64,000 nucleotides of DNA from an uncultured Candidatus Saccharibacteria bacterium (GCA_964487045.1 CAZAOT010000003.1:3730-67729); one strand, 5' to 3'. Counted from the first letter of the stretch, positions 25,916-35,554 are shown. The notes: generated by a model not told the origin, from the sequence alone. Numbers and translations are program-made.

Positions 25916-28900
25916 TTAGAATCCGAAGTGTACGTGGGTTTTGATTGAGCGATTTTGCATAAGTCCAGAAACTCTTTTGTTGGTCTTGCTTGGCAGGAAG
26001 TCTTCACCGTATAGGAGCCTAGCGTAGTTTACTATCTGTCTGTATCCAACCATTGGCTCAGAGCTCTCTTTGGCATATAGGGCGTCGGTGATTCCTAATT
26101 TTTTGGCTGCTTCAACTTCATCACTCGTAATGACTGCCCTTGGAGATATCAGTTGCTTGATCGCATAGGTTCCATTCTTGGGATTTTCTATGTCCATAAA
26201 ATTACTCCAGTGTTTCTTCAGGAAGCTAGTATCGGTCTTGGTGAGTTCGCGATTAGAGCTTGCTGCTAGGCTGTACAGAAGTAAGTCTTCAGCTACTTGA
26301 TCAACTGTACGGCGGGAGATTTTTTTGAACTGCTCCTCGCTAGGCTTCTTGGGAGCGAGATAGGCGGATGATGCGCTAACGGGGCTCGGCTTATCATCAG
26401 CGGCATAGACAATCGCAGGGGCAAAGACGTATGTTCCGCCCTCGGGCGCGGTACCCGCAGGTTGTTCAATTGGCGCATCAACTATCTTACCATCCAAGGT
26501 GTCATCCTTAGCAGCTTTTACAGCGTTCTTTGCGGCGGATTGGGCCTTAGGTTTCTTCTTGCCAAAGCCGAGAAAGCCCATAATGAAACCAACCGGATCG
26601 GTGAATATCTGAAGGGCCATTATTACTAGTCCTTTGATAGCCTGGATCGTGCTCTTGAAATCAATCAAAAGCGAGATTCCAAGTAAGATTGGCATCGAGA
26701 TTCCGAGCGATGCTATCCAGGTAGCGGCGTAGTTCATGGCAATGGAGGTTAATATTCCACCTGTCGGATCGATCTTAGCAAGAGTGTTTCCGACAAGTTT
26801 GTTTAGAATTACTCCTGTGGCAATATTGCTAAGTGTCGCGTTATAGTCAAAGTTTTTATAATAATCAACGATGTTGTTTGGTAGGTTCTGGACATTGTCT
26901 TGTAGGTTTACAATTGCATCTCGTGAAAAACCGAGTTGATCTTCAACAACCCCCCAGCCTAGATTTTCAAGCTTATTTTCGGGCGTTTCTACTTTATTGA
27001 GAGTATCTTTACCGGCATTTGTTGCATTGTTTGCGTTGGAGATATTATTGTTTTCGTTGTCTACAGCCACGCCTGGTTCACCCGACAGGTTAGAAGGAAC
27101 ATCACTTGTCGGATCATTGTTCATATTTGAAAAGGCGGCATCACCAGAATTTGAACCACTTGGGTCAATCCCAACATTAGAGGTTGTAGTCGGATATGTT
27201 GTGGTAGGCCTTGGGCTGCTGCTGATAGCCTCAGTTAAGGCGCTGTATAGTGCAGATGCTGCCTCGCCCGATATTTGCGTGTTTGTTATTCTAGAAAAAC
27301 CATTTGCCAAAAGAGTTTGTCCTGCGACATTTCCGAGTTGGCTAAAGTCATTGTTCATAAACTCCAAAGCTTGCTCTCTAGAGATTGGAATGTTGTTTGC
27401 TTCGGCAACTTCTTTGAGAGCATTTGCGCCGCTTTGCTTGCCTATGTCTGCCAGGAGCGCCTGCCGTTCGGCTTCCGTTCCGTGCATTAAAGTGTCAGTT
27501 ATCGATCTTGTGCCTGAATAATAAATGTGTTGCTGGGCGAGCTCGTAATTAACTAGATTATCTCTAAGCGCATCTCTTTCAGCGGCGGTGGAGCGTCCTG
27601 CAAGCACAGACTTAACTCCTTCAATCGTCACGGTTCCAGGTGGCAGCTGCGAGACAATCTTTTTGGCCACAATAGAGTTTGCTATGACCTTTTCCGCTCC
27701 CTTTACCTGTCCACTTGTTATTGCGTCAGCCTCTTTGTTATTGAGCCCTTTGGCGGTTAAAATATTTCTGCCTTCATCCTGCGCTGCTGCCTTCCCTTTG
27801 TCCAAAGCCTTATCAAGAGCCTTCTCGACTTTATCAGAAGTAGTTTGGCGATCTTTCTCTGCCTGATCTACACTCGAGCCTTCTGCACTAGAGGTAGCAA
27901 TTGCTCGAGCCTTTGCCTTAGCCCCAGCGTATGCGGACGCTGCAACTCCCTTGCTCGTATCGCTCCCGAGCATTCCATCGAGCATTTCCTTTGTTTCTTT
28001 GCCTAGTTTTGGGTTAGAAGAGAACGCGCTTGAAATTGCGGACGCACTCGAATAATCTTTTTTGCTAAAGTAATCAACAACTTTCTGTACTGGCAATTTG
28101 CTCTTGGAAGCAATTGCTCCAAGGGCAAGCTTTTTTCCAGCTGCAAAATTTCCATTTTTAAATAATGTTAAATCCTGCTTAGTAAGTGTCACGCCCCATT
28201 TTTTTCCAACTTCTTGATTGATCTTGGCAAGCCCGACGTCGGTTCCGTTCAAGCGATCTTGAGCTAATCCAACGCCAAGATAAGATGCTTGAGCAGCGGA
28301 TAGACCAATCTTTTGCAGCCCGCGACTAAAAATATATGCTTCGCTAGCCTGCTCTAGCTTTCCATTTTCAAAGCCCTCTTCGAGTTCTTTGGGGGTTGGG
28401 TTTGCGCCAAACACACTTTGAAATATTGCTTTTTCCTCTGGCTTCATGAGGTTAGTTGATGATGAAATTGTGCTGGCGTATACACTTGGATAAGCTTTAT
28501 CTAATGCGCTCACGTAGTCTGAAGATGAGCTGTAGACGTCGAATATTTCCTTGCATCCCTTAGCGTCTTCATCTGAAATATTTTGGTTTTGGTTGACCCA
28601 GTCAATGATAGTTTGAATTGCTTTTGTGCCTGACATTCTTTGGGCCACACCGCTTCTAAATTCTTTCTTGGTTAAAAAATCGTTTAAGGCTATCCGCTGA
28701 GTTTCATTTAAAGCTGGAGAACCCTTGAGTGCGATTAAAAATTTTCCAGCTACCGATGAGTCTTTTTGGGCTTGAGCTTCGTCTAACTTTGACCTAAGAG
28801 CCGCATAACCACCAGCCGTGAGTGCACGTAGCTGATCCTTTTCCGTTTCAGACATAGTGCGATTGCTTTCTATGTACGAGATTAACTCATCTGATGACAC

Positions 28901-30295
28901 TCCCGACTGAGCCATGCTGGCAATCTTGGTATCTGAAAATCCGAGGTTGTAGCTAGCATTTAGTCGACTGGCGCCAATAATTTTGGCAGCCATCTGGTAA
29001 TTGCCGCTCTTAAGTTGGTTTATTGCAGAAGCCGGAATGAGTGTTGCTACGTCAGAATTTTGATGAGCGCTTAGGGCTGCGACAGCTGCTGCTACCTCTT
29101 CTGGTGTTGGGTTTTCGCCAAGGGCTATTCCAGCTTGATCATAAAGTGCCTTTTTACCGATAGTCTCGAGCTTAGCTCCATCTCGAAGCGATCCTGCCGG
29201 AAGTCCTTGTTGCTTCTCGTATGCTCGCTCTAGCATTTGCGCTGCTCGATCTTCAAACGATAGTTTAGTTGCAGCCTGCTTGGATAATTCAGGAATTGTC
29301 GCACCTGTCGCGGTAGTTAAATCAGCCGGTGGATCATTGTGAACCATTAATTCTGGCTCGGCATCTGGGTCGGCAAAATCGGCAGCAATTTGGACTGGAC
29401 CCAGGCCCGCCCGCTCAGCAGCGTCAAGCCCGGCAGTAAAAAGCGTCGAATTTCCTTCTTTAATCTCAGCCAGTCCTTCTTGAACTTCTGGAGAAGCTTG
29501 AGCTGAAGAATTCGTAGCAGCAGCAAGAGCTTGTTCGGTGACTTGTGAAATTTCAGCCTTATCGCTCTGACCAATTGCTAAGTTATTTGCAATTACTTGC
29601 GGTTCGTCACCAGTGATAATAGTGCATCCAAAAGTTCTGACATCTACTCCTTGCCCGCGTGAATGTGACGAGAAAGTGCTTCTTGAATCTGTGGCGGCCT
29701 TGTCGTCTTCCAATCCACTCTGGGCAACTGCGGTCGGCTGACCATTGTCATCCATATATGAAGCAGCGACTGACAAGGTCATAATTGGTGCGGTCTTGCC
29801 TTCGTATGAGCAATCAACATCGAACCCTTTGCTAGTGAATCTTTTTTCATAAAGGTAATAAATAGCCGCTAGAGATCTTTTGTCCCAGTGAGAGCTAAAT
29901 AGGTGAAACATTTCCACGCCATTGTCCATGGCCATCGAAAGGGGATCAAGGAAAACGATCCCAGACTTTCCTTCGTCGTGTGCCTTGCATAATTCGTCAA
30001 ATCGAGTCGAACCGATATCTTGTGCCTGATCGAATAATTTTTTGAAATCATCTTCCGACTCTGGGTAGGCGGGTTCATCGGCAGTTTTAGTCTTATTCCA
30101 AATGTCCTTGTCGCAAGAAAGGTTAAGGATTGTCGTAGCGGCTTTAACGTCGGAAGGAGATGACTTTTTAACTTCCTGCTTGAAACTTGACCCTGTTGCA
30201 CCGCTACCGAGTCCCAAGCCCGACACAAAAGTCGGCGTTGCAACCGAGGCTACAACGATGTTGAGCGCTAGAAGTAATGGTAGAAGTGCCCCCAT
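25916..30295 (-). CDS. Giant (1459 aa) secreted/membrane-anchored protein of the T4SS locus (possible VirB6-like or surface adhesin)
   Basis: N-terminal signal peptide. Long Ala/Ser/Lys-rich low-complexity central region. Three or four TM helices at about aa 1100-1180 (ILTSIAMNYAATWIASLGISMPILLGISLL...). Confidence 0.5.
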   Translation of the reverse strand: MGALLPLLLALNIVVASVATPTFVSGLGLGSGATGSSFKQEVKKSSPSDVKAATTILNLSCDKDIWNKTKTADEPAYPESEDDFKKLFDQAQDIGSTRFDELCKAHDEGKSGIVFLDPLSMAMDNGVEMFHLFSSHWDKRSLAAIYYLYEKRFTSKGFDVDCSYEGKTAPIMTLSVAASYMDDNGQPTAVAQSGLEDDKAATDSRSTFSSHSRGQGVDVRTFGCTIITGDEPQVIANNLAIGQSDKAEISQVTEQALAAATNSSAQASPEVQEGLAEIKEGNSTLFTAGLDAAERAGLGPVQIAADFADPDAEPELMVHNDPPADLTTATGATIPELSKQAATKLSFEDRAAQMLERAYEKQQGLPAGSLRDGAKLETIGKKALYDQAGIALGENPTPEEVAAAVAALSAHQNSDVATLIPASAINQLKSGNYQMAAKIIGASRLNASYNLGFSDTKIASMAQSGVSSDELISYIESNRTMSETEKDQLRALTAGGYAALRSKLDEAQAQKDSSVAGKFLIALKGSPALNETQRIALNDFLTKKEFRSGVAQRMSGTKAIQTIIDWVNQNQNISDEDAKGCKEIFDVYSSSSDYVSALDKAYPSVYASTISSSTNLMKPEEKAIFQSVFGANPTPKELEEGFENGKLEQASEAYIFSRGLQKIGLSAAQASYLGVGLAQDRLNGTDVGLAKINQEVGKKWGVTLTKQDLTLFKNGNFAAGKKLALGAIASKSKLPVQKVVDYFSKKDYSSASAISSAFSSNPKLGKETKEMLDGMLGSDTSKGVAASAYAGAKAKARAIATSSAEGSSVDQAEKDRQTTSDKVEKALDKALDKGKAAAQDEGRNILTAKGLNNKEADAITSGQVKGAEKVIANSIVAKKIVSQLPPGTVTIEGVKSVLAGRSTAAERDALRDNLVNYELAQQHIYYSGTRSITDTLMHGTEAERQALLADIGKQSGANALKEVAEANNIPISREQALEFMNNDFSQLGNVAGQTLLANGFSRITNTQISGEAASALYSALTEAISSSPRPTTTYPTTTSNVGIDPSGSNSGDAAFSNMNNDPTSDVPSNLSGEPGVAVDNENNNISNANNATNAGKDTLNKVETPENKLENLGWGVVEDQLGFSRDAIVNLQDNVQNLPNNIVDYYKNFDYNATLSNIATGVILNKLVGNTLAKIDPTGGILTSIAMNYAATWIASLGISMPILLGISLLIDFKSTIQAIKGLVIMALQIFTDPVGFIMGFLGFGKKKPKAQSAAKNAVKAAKDDTLDGKIVDAPIEQPAGTAPEGGTYVFAPAIVYAADDKPSPVSASSAYLAPKKPSEEQFKKISRRTVDQVAEDLLLYSLAASSNRELTKTDTSFLKKHWSNFMDIENPKNGTYAIKQLISPRAVITSDEVEAAKKLGITDALYAKESSEPMVGYRQIVNYARLLYGEDFLPSKTNKRVSGLMQNRSIKTHVHFGF

Positions 30296-30397
30296 TTATT
30301 TTATTTGGGGAACGTAAATTCCCTGTTTATCCAATCCGAGCGTGCCAACATAAAACATTGCGCCAAAGAGTATTAGTGTGCTAACTAGAACAACCAT
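30296..30397 (-). CDS. 33-aa single-TM peptide ORF abutting the giant gene (TAAATG junction)
   Basis: MVVLVSTLILFGAMFYVGTLGLDKQGIYVPQIK. The stop is immediately followed by the giant-protein ATG. Below the ORF-track size cutoff. Confidence 0.3.
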   Translation of the reverse strand: MVVLVSTLILFGAMFYVGTLGLDKQGIYVPQIK

Positions 30398-30463
30398 CCA
30401 AAATAGCTTGCGATTTTTCACAATTTAATTATACCAAATCCTTCCTTTGCTGATGCAACTAGA

Positions 30464-31558
30464 CTATTGGTAGAGATCGGCAATTGAACTAGCCTGACTT
30501 TGAGGTGGATTTGCTTGGTTTGTGGGAGGTGCTGGAGGGGTTGGAGCTGGACTTGGGTTATTATCCTGAGGTGTTTCCGGAGCAGGTTGTGGCTCAGGAG
30601 TTATTGGTGCGGCAGGTGATTCGTCCTGTTGTGGTTTTGTCTGATCTTCAGGACTTGCTGGTGTGCTTGAGAAGCTCCATGGCGCTGGGTTGTCGGTTGG
30701 CGAAGATGGTATTGCCTCGGTGGCCTCTTGTGGAGGGGTTGACTCTGGAGCCTCAGGCATTTGCTCGGTTGGCTTAGGTGCTTCCGCTTCCTGAATCTCG
30801 GCTGGCGGAGTAGCAACAGGTTGCGTTTCAGGAGTTATTGGCGTGTCGATAGCTTCTGGCTTGGAAGTTTCTACAGGCTTTTCTTCCTGAACAGGATTTG
30901 AGCTATTTGGTGAAAAGTTTACGTCAAGTGGCTTTTCTTCTGCAGCTGCAGTAGGAAGAACGTCGGTTTTGACTACGCCCGAGCCAAATGTATCCATAGG
31001 CTTTTCTTCCTTTGGCTCTGTACCAGCTTCTTCTGCCGTCTTTTCGACTGGTGTAGGTGGCGCGGGAGCGACCGAAGAAGGCATATTCTCATCCTCTTCG
31101 TCTTCGCCGATATTCTTATCAAGCTCGCTTTCGCCTAGATTCGAGAGTGAACTTCCAGATGGCATATCTGGTTCCTTTGGTGCTGCTTGCTCGATCGGAG
31201 GTTTGTTATCAAGATTTATGGTCGGTTGGCTCTCGCTTGGCTCCTCTAACTTCTTTTCTCTAGCTTTCTTGAACCCCTCCATTACTTCCTGAGAAGTTTT
31301 TTCGAGAATTGAGGCGGCATCAGGATGTGTCTTGATGATTTTGTCGATTATTGCGCTCGGGTCGTCGTTTGGCATAGCGTCGAGCTCTTCTTGCAGTTTC
31401 TTTGATGCTTCATCGTCTAGGCTGGTAAGGAGGTTTGCGATAAATCGCTCACTCATCTTCTGATCAATTTCTTCAAGAATTGTTTGCTTCTCTTGATCAG
31501 GAATATTCTCAAGGCCCAACATCTCAAGCAGCTTTTTGTCATCTTCGTTTATTTCCAT
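30464..31558 (-). CDS. Acidic, Pro/Glu-rich intrinsically disordered protein (364 aa)
   Basis: Low-complexity EPKP/TPP-rich composition throughout. N-terminal about 100 aa helical. Confidence 0.5.
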   Translation of the reverse strand: MEINEDDKKLLEMLGLENIPDQEKQTILEEIDQKMSERFIANLLTSLDDEASKKLQEELDAMPNDDPSAIIDKIIKTHPDAASILEKTSQEVMEGFKKAREKKLEEPSESQPTINLDNKPPIEQAAPKEPDMPSGSSLSNLGESELDKNIGEDEEDENMPSSVAPAPPTPVEKTAEEAGTEPKEEKPMDTFGSGVVKTDVLPTAAAEEKPLDVNFSPNSSNPVQEEKPVETSKPEAIDTPITPETQPVATPPAEIQEAEAPKPTEQMPEAPESTPPQEATEAIPSSPTDNPAPWSFSSTPASPEDQTKPQQDESPAAPITPEPQPAPETPQDNNPSPAPTPPAPPTNQANPPQSQASSIADLYQ

Positions 31559-31565
31559 AGTCCTC

Positions 31566-34016
31566 CTAATACCATTTATATATATTTATTTTCTCGGCGT
31601 TTTCTACGTCGGCCGGATTTATCCTGGCAACTCTTCCAGCAGTGCGATCAAGGACAATTATTTCTTGGCTGTTTAAGTCAACTGCAAGGACGTCCAGCTC
31701 ATGGTTCACATCATCACCTTCCCAGATTTTCTTAATTTCTTCACGTCCTTCCCGACGTTCTGTCTTTCTGACAAGTTCTACTCTATATCGATTATTATTA
31801 GAGTAGGGCGCAAATCTGGAAAGATCGTGGCTCAGAGCATAGGTTGTCAAATTATTTCTAGGAGTATATCCGTCGGGGAGATCTCTTGGGGTCAATTCAA
31901 CTACGGGGCTTCTAGAAGCTCTTCTCATCTCTGTAAGATCGAGATTCGGTGCATTCTCCCCAGCTTCGGTTGACATACCAAAAATAGCTGAACCATCGGC
32001 AGGTGGTGTTTGTGGAAGATAATTATCGCCCTCAACTGCAAGCGCGATTTTAAATCTTCTTGGTGGATCTGCGTTGTTATTTTCATTAATAGCTTGAATA
32101 AGGTTCGTGATATTTTGTCTTTCAATATCAGTCATATCGTCCCAGTTGCGATGGGTTGACGCATAGAGGGCTGCGTTTGCGTTGTCTACGAAGTCATACC
32201 AATTATTATTTAAAATATCTGTCCAGTTTACAACTAATTCTGTTGGCACTTCTGGTTCAGTTCTAACTTCATTCTCAGTCTCGGGTACAATTGGTTCGCG
32301 CGGAGTGACCGCTGGGGTTGTTTCTGGTCTTGCGCCTGGTCTACCGCCGTCTGGGCCATCTCCACCTGAACCATTTCCTCCAGATTCGTGGCCTCTAATT
32401 GCGGTTCCCTTCAGTCCCGGCCCTGAAACGCTTTTTCTTTCGGCGGCCATATTTACTCCGGCACCGATTGCAGCGCCGTGCGCCAGGCTCTGAGCGGCCA
32501 TCGATGGCATCGAGAGTGAGTCAACGGCGTACTGAGTTGCATCAGCATGAAGCTCTGTATTAAATGGTATCTGGTCGTGGAGCGTGTAATCCCAGCCCCT
32601 GGTGGGAAAATTTTCAGTCAGATACTTGTCGGCATTCTTGAGCGTTTCGGCAAAGTGATTGTAGTCAAGATGGCCATCCGGCCCGAGCTTAGAGGCATTA
32701 TCTATCAAATGCTGAAGACCGTCTTTGTTAAAGTCATACTGATATCCATCCGCAATCACATTGTGTCCAGGTAGTGGCTGAGCAAAATTAAAATCGTGAA
32801 CCAGTTGGTTGACTGCTTCATCATAGGTCATACCCTGATTGACCATCATCTCATGTAAATAGGCTTGGGGAGGCTGTATGTCTTGGTGAAGGCCTTTTTC
32901 TAGAGCGCTACTTAAGGCATTGCCCCAGTCTGTATGTTGGTTGGGAATATGCTCCAGGAGTGGATTAGCGTCATAGCTGCTTGCGACTTCTCTTACGTCA
33001 GGTCCGTCCTGAATCGAAATTTCATTAGCTCTGCCAAAATGCTCCTGATAATATTCTCCTTTAAGGTGAGTCATTTTCATCCAGTGCAGACCAAATGATA
33101 CCGCGTCCGAGAGTGCACCTATTCCCGCACCGATCAGCGCCCCGCGCTTCATCCCGATAATCCCAGCTTTTTTAACCGAGTCTCGGACATCTTTCCTGAA
33201 TTCTTGTGTGTAAAATGCTCCGTGATTAGTTGCTTGGATAATTCTTGTTTCAAATCCTTCAGCTTCTCTCGCCTTACAATTGTAAAAGGCTAGCAGCTTG
33301 AGCATCTCGGGCAAATTACCGCTGAAAAGTTCATTTTTCTTGACGGCTTCTTCAGTGCGTAGATTTGATGGCCTAGACAAAAGAAACTGCTCGATAAATG
33401 CTAGGGCATTCGCGTCTCTTTCTGGATCGGTTTCGTCTCGAGATATTCTATTATATTCGGCAACTACTCCTTCATATCCGTAGCTTACTTCTCTTTGTTT
33501 TTCTTCAGCTCGCCATTTTCCGGCAATCCCACCAATTACTGCTCCTGTGATAGTGCCCGCACCATAACCCAAGCCATCAACTAGATGGAGAGCGGATCTT
33601 AAAACCATCGAGCTTCCTGTGGTCAGGGCTATTCTCTTTAATTTACCGGAATTTTTCCCGAACCACTTTTGTATACCGCTGTACCATTTCTTTTCTGGCT
33701 CTTCGATTGAAATTGTGCCGTTATCCTGGCTTATGCCAGATAGCATTTGGGATCTAAAGTTTGCAAACAGCATGTCAGTTCTTTGGTCAATTTCGCTAAG
33801 ATTTTGGCCGAAATAAGAATTAAGAAGTACCTCTCTCTCGTCTTCCGAAAGGGTAGTTTCGTATTGCTTTTCGACATAACGAACAATGCGCCGCCTAAGA
33901 ATTTGTGCTTGCGCAGAGTCTGTTACTTGAGGCTCTTCTTCTAAAGCCTCGTCTTGATCCTGGGCTGGGTCTTGATCGGCGGGAATTGGTTCCGCGCCTG
34001 GTTGGCCTAATCGCAA
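31566..34016 (-). CDS. Large hypothetical protein (816 aa) with glycine-zipper segments and a Gly/Pro-rich linker
   Basis: GxxxG zippers (GAVIGGIAGKW, GALIGAGIGALSD). GSGGNGSGGDGPDGGRPGARPETTP linker. TTG start after SD AAGGAGGG. Confidence 0.5.
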   Translation of the reverse strand: MRLGQPGAEPIPADQDPAQDQDEALEEEPQVTDSAQAQILRRRIVRYVEKQYETTLSEDEREVLLNSYFGQNLSEIDQRTDMLFANFRSQMLSGISQDNGTISIEEPEKKWYSGIQKWFGKNSGKLKRIALTTGSSMVLRSALHLVDGLGYGAGTITGAVIGGIAGKWRAEEKQREVSYGYEGVVAEYNRISRDETDPERDANALAFIEQFLLSRPSNLRTEEAVKKNELFSGNLPEMLKLLAFYNCKAREAEGFETRIIQATNHGAFYTQEFRKDVRDSVKKAGIIGMKRGALIGAGIGALSDAVSFGLHWMKMTHLKGEYYQEHFGRANEISIQDGPDVREVASSYDANPLLEHIPNQHTDWGNALSSALEKGLHQDIQPPQAYLHEMMVNQGMTYDEAVNQLVHDFNFAQPLPGHNVIADGYQYDFNKDGLQHLIDNASKLGPDGHLDYNHFAETLKNADKYLTENFPTRGWDYTLHDQIPFNTELHADATQYAVDSLSMPSMAAQSLAHGAAIGAGVNMAAERKSVSGPGLKGTAIRGHESGGNGSGGDGPDGGRPGARPETTPAVTPREPIVPETENEVRTEPEVPTELVVNWTDILNNNWYDFVDNANAALYASTHRNWDDMTDIERQNITNLIQAINENNNADPPRRFKIALAVEGDNYLPQTPPADGSAIFGMSTEAGENAPNLDLTEMRRASRSPVVELTPRDLPDGYTPRNNLTTYALSHDLSRFAPYSNNNRYRVELVRKTERREGREEIKKIWEGDDVNHELDVLAVDLNSQEIIVLDRTAGRVARINPADVENAEKINIYKWY

Positions 34017-34059
34017 AAAACCCTCCTTGGTTTATAAGTATATTTTACGGGTTTTAAAT

Positions 34060-34105
34060 ACTTTTGCAAAGCAAAGAGGCCACCTCTATAGGAGCAGGTG
34101 GCCTC
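34060..34105 (-). terminator. Minus-strand intrinsic terminator of GC-rich segment J
   Basis: Plus-strand hairpin GAGGCCACCTCTATAGGAGCAGGTGGCCTC (34076-34105). On the minus strand it is followed by TTTGCTTTG. Confidence 0.5.
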
Positions 34106-34142
34106 GATGTAACGGCTCAAGCGAGAGGGCATTCTCGCGAGC

Positions 34143-34475
34143 CTAGATGAGTCCGGCGCCACGGAGGGCGGCCTGGACTGCGGCATCTGCCGCAGCCTGG
34201 CGTCCAGCTCCGCGGCCGAACCTGGCCCAGTTATTGACGACCGTGTTGGTCGCCAGATCGAGCTGGGCCGGCGTGGGGGCGGGGACTCCTGCGGCCGTCA
34301 GGGCCGCGGTGATAACCGTGAGCTGCGCCGGCGACGCTACAGCCGGAGCCGCCGGGTTAGCGCCCGGAGCTGTCGGCATGGTAGCCGAGCCAGCCGGACG
34401 GTTGCCCGTCACGTACGTGGTCGCTCCCGAGGGAGCGATCGTGAGGGCACTGGCCGGTCCCTCCATCATGCCCAA
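34143..34475 (-). CDS. GC-rich segment J: Ala/Pro/Gly-rich 110-aa ORF (coding status uncertain, no SD) or ncRNA
   Basis: About 70% GC by eye. Minus-strand TTGACA at about 34531-34526 matches the cassette promoter family. 5' hairpins. ATG preceded by the palindrome GCCCAATTGGGC, no SD. Confidence 0.3.
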   Translation of the reverse strand: MGMMEGPASALTIAPSGATTYVTGNRPAGSATMPTAPGANPAAPAVASPAQLTVITAALTAAGVPAPTPAQLDLATNTVVNNWARFGRGAGRQAAADAAVQAALRGAGLI

Positions 34476-34556
34476 TTGGGCAATGGAGGTGCCGAAGGCC
34501 GGCCCGTCGTTAGGCCGGCGCCAAATGTCAAGATTCGGCGCAATAATAATGAATAA

Positions 34557-34637
34557 AGAAATCCGAAATCCGAAAAAATTCCTAAATAATCAATTTGATT
34601 TTTTGTATTTGTTATTTATTCTTCATTCTGGTTTGAT
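34557..34637 (+). repeat. AT-rich intergenic repeat, copy 1 (about 90% identical to 37481-37553)
   Basis: GAAATCCGAAATCCGAAAAAATTCCTAAATAATCAATTTGATTTTTTGTATTTGTTATTTATTCTTCATTCT. Confidence 0.7.
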
Positions 34638-34667
34638 GTTTTGTCTATTATTCTTTATTCTTAATTT

Positions 34668-35159
34668 ATGCAAATAGAATCATTCGATGGACAGAAAAAA
34701 GGGGAGAAAATCATCGCTGTTTGGCGGAGTCATATGTGGATTATGAGTCGAGCAGGATTCATCTTTGCTTTGTTTATAGTAATTGGCTCGATTCCGTTAG
34801 CTTTCACCTCCGCTTCCTGGGGAGCGGGTTTTTTACTGGTTTGCCTCGCTATCGGAGGAATTTACCTAGTAATGCAGATTTACCTATATGTCAGCAGCAT
34901 TTATATACTGACCAACGAGCGCGTTCTCTCAATTAACCAATCAAAACTTCTGATGAGGTCGATCAATGACGTTCCGCTTTCGAATATTCAAAATGTTTCC
35001 CATACCAGGAAGGGCTTATTTCAAATGCTTATGGATTATGGGGTCGTCGAGGTTCAGACAGCCGGATCGACTACGGCTATGACGCTCAAAAACGTGCCGC
35101 ATCCTTATCGAGTCCAGCAAAAAATTTTAACGCGAGAAGAGCGATTAAAATCAGAATAA
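34668..35159 (+). CDS. Bacterial PH-domain membrane protein (YdbS/DUF304-like)
   Basis: 163 aa. Two N-terminal TM helices then a bPH-like domain. Leaderless-like AT-rich start. Confidence 0.65.
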   Translation: MQIESFDGQKKGEKIIAVWRSHMWIMSRAGFIFALFIVIGSIPLAFTSASWGAGFLLVCLAIGGIYLVMQIYLYVSSIYILTNERVLSINQSKLLMRSINDVPLSNIQNVSHTRKGLFQMLMDYGVVEVQTAGSTTAMTLKNVPHPYRVQQKILTREERLKSE

Positions 35160-35187
35160 AGAAACCAGAAATCAGAATAAATAATCA

Positions 35188-35535
35188 ATGACAAAGTTTG
35201 ATCTGGAAGAAAGAACCTCGAAGTTCTCTGAAAACATCATTTTGTTTATAAAAAAGATTCCTCCTGACAGAAAACTTGATCCTATTTTGAACCAACTGCT
35301 TGGGTCGGCTACATCGGTTGGAGCGAATTATTGCGAAGCAGATGACGCACATTCAAAAAAAGACTTTTGCCATAAAATCGCAATTTGTAAAAAAGAGTCT
35401 CGCGAGACAAAATATTGGCTTAGGTTAGTTGCAAGCGCTTTTCCGGAGTATAAAGAGGAGGCGAAGCTATTTTGGCAAGAAGCCCAGGAGCTAAACCTGA
35501 TCTTTGCTTCAATTTACAATAAGAAAATTTCTTAG
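35188..35535 (+). CDS. Four-helix-bundle protein of the 23S rRNA intervening-sequence protein family (PF05635-like)
   Basis: 115 aa. GSATSVGANYCEADDAHSKKDFCHKIAICKKESRETKYWLRL matches the family signature. Confidence 0.65.
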   Translation: MTKFDLEERTSKFSENIILFIKKIPPDRKLDPILNQLLGSATSVGANYCEADDAHSKKDFCHKIAICKKESRETKYWLRLVASAFPEYKEEAKLFWQEAQELNLIFASIYNKKIS

Positions 35536-35554
35536 GGATTTATTATTTAGTTAT

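Noticed and set aside
26997-27521. 174-aa plus-strand ORF inside the giant minus-strand gene (and several 60-125-aa antisense ORFs at 29347-30317)
   Set aside because: Antisense to a long well-supported ORF, with no expression signals. Low-complexity Ala/Ser/Leu composition mirrors the sense strand.
34147-34677. 176-aa plus-strand ORF through segment J running into the AT-rich repeat
   Set aside because: It crosses from about 70% GC into about 25% GC sequence with no SD and ends in repeat-derived low-complexity residues. The minus-strand orientation has the promoter and terminator.
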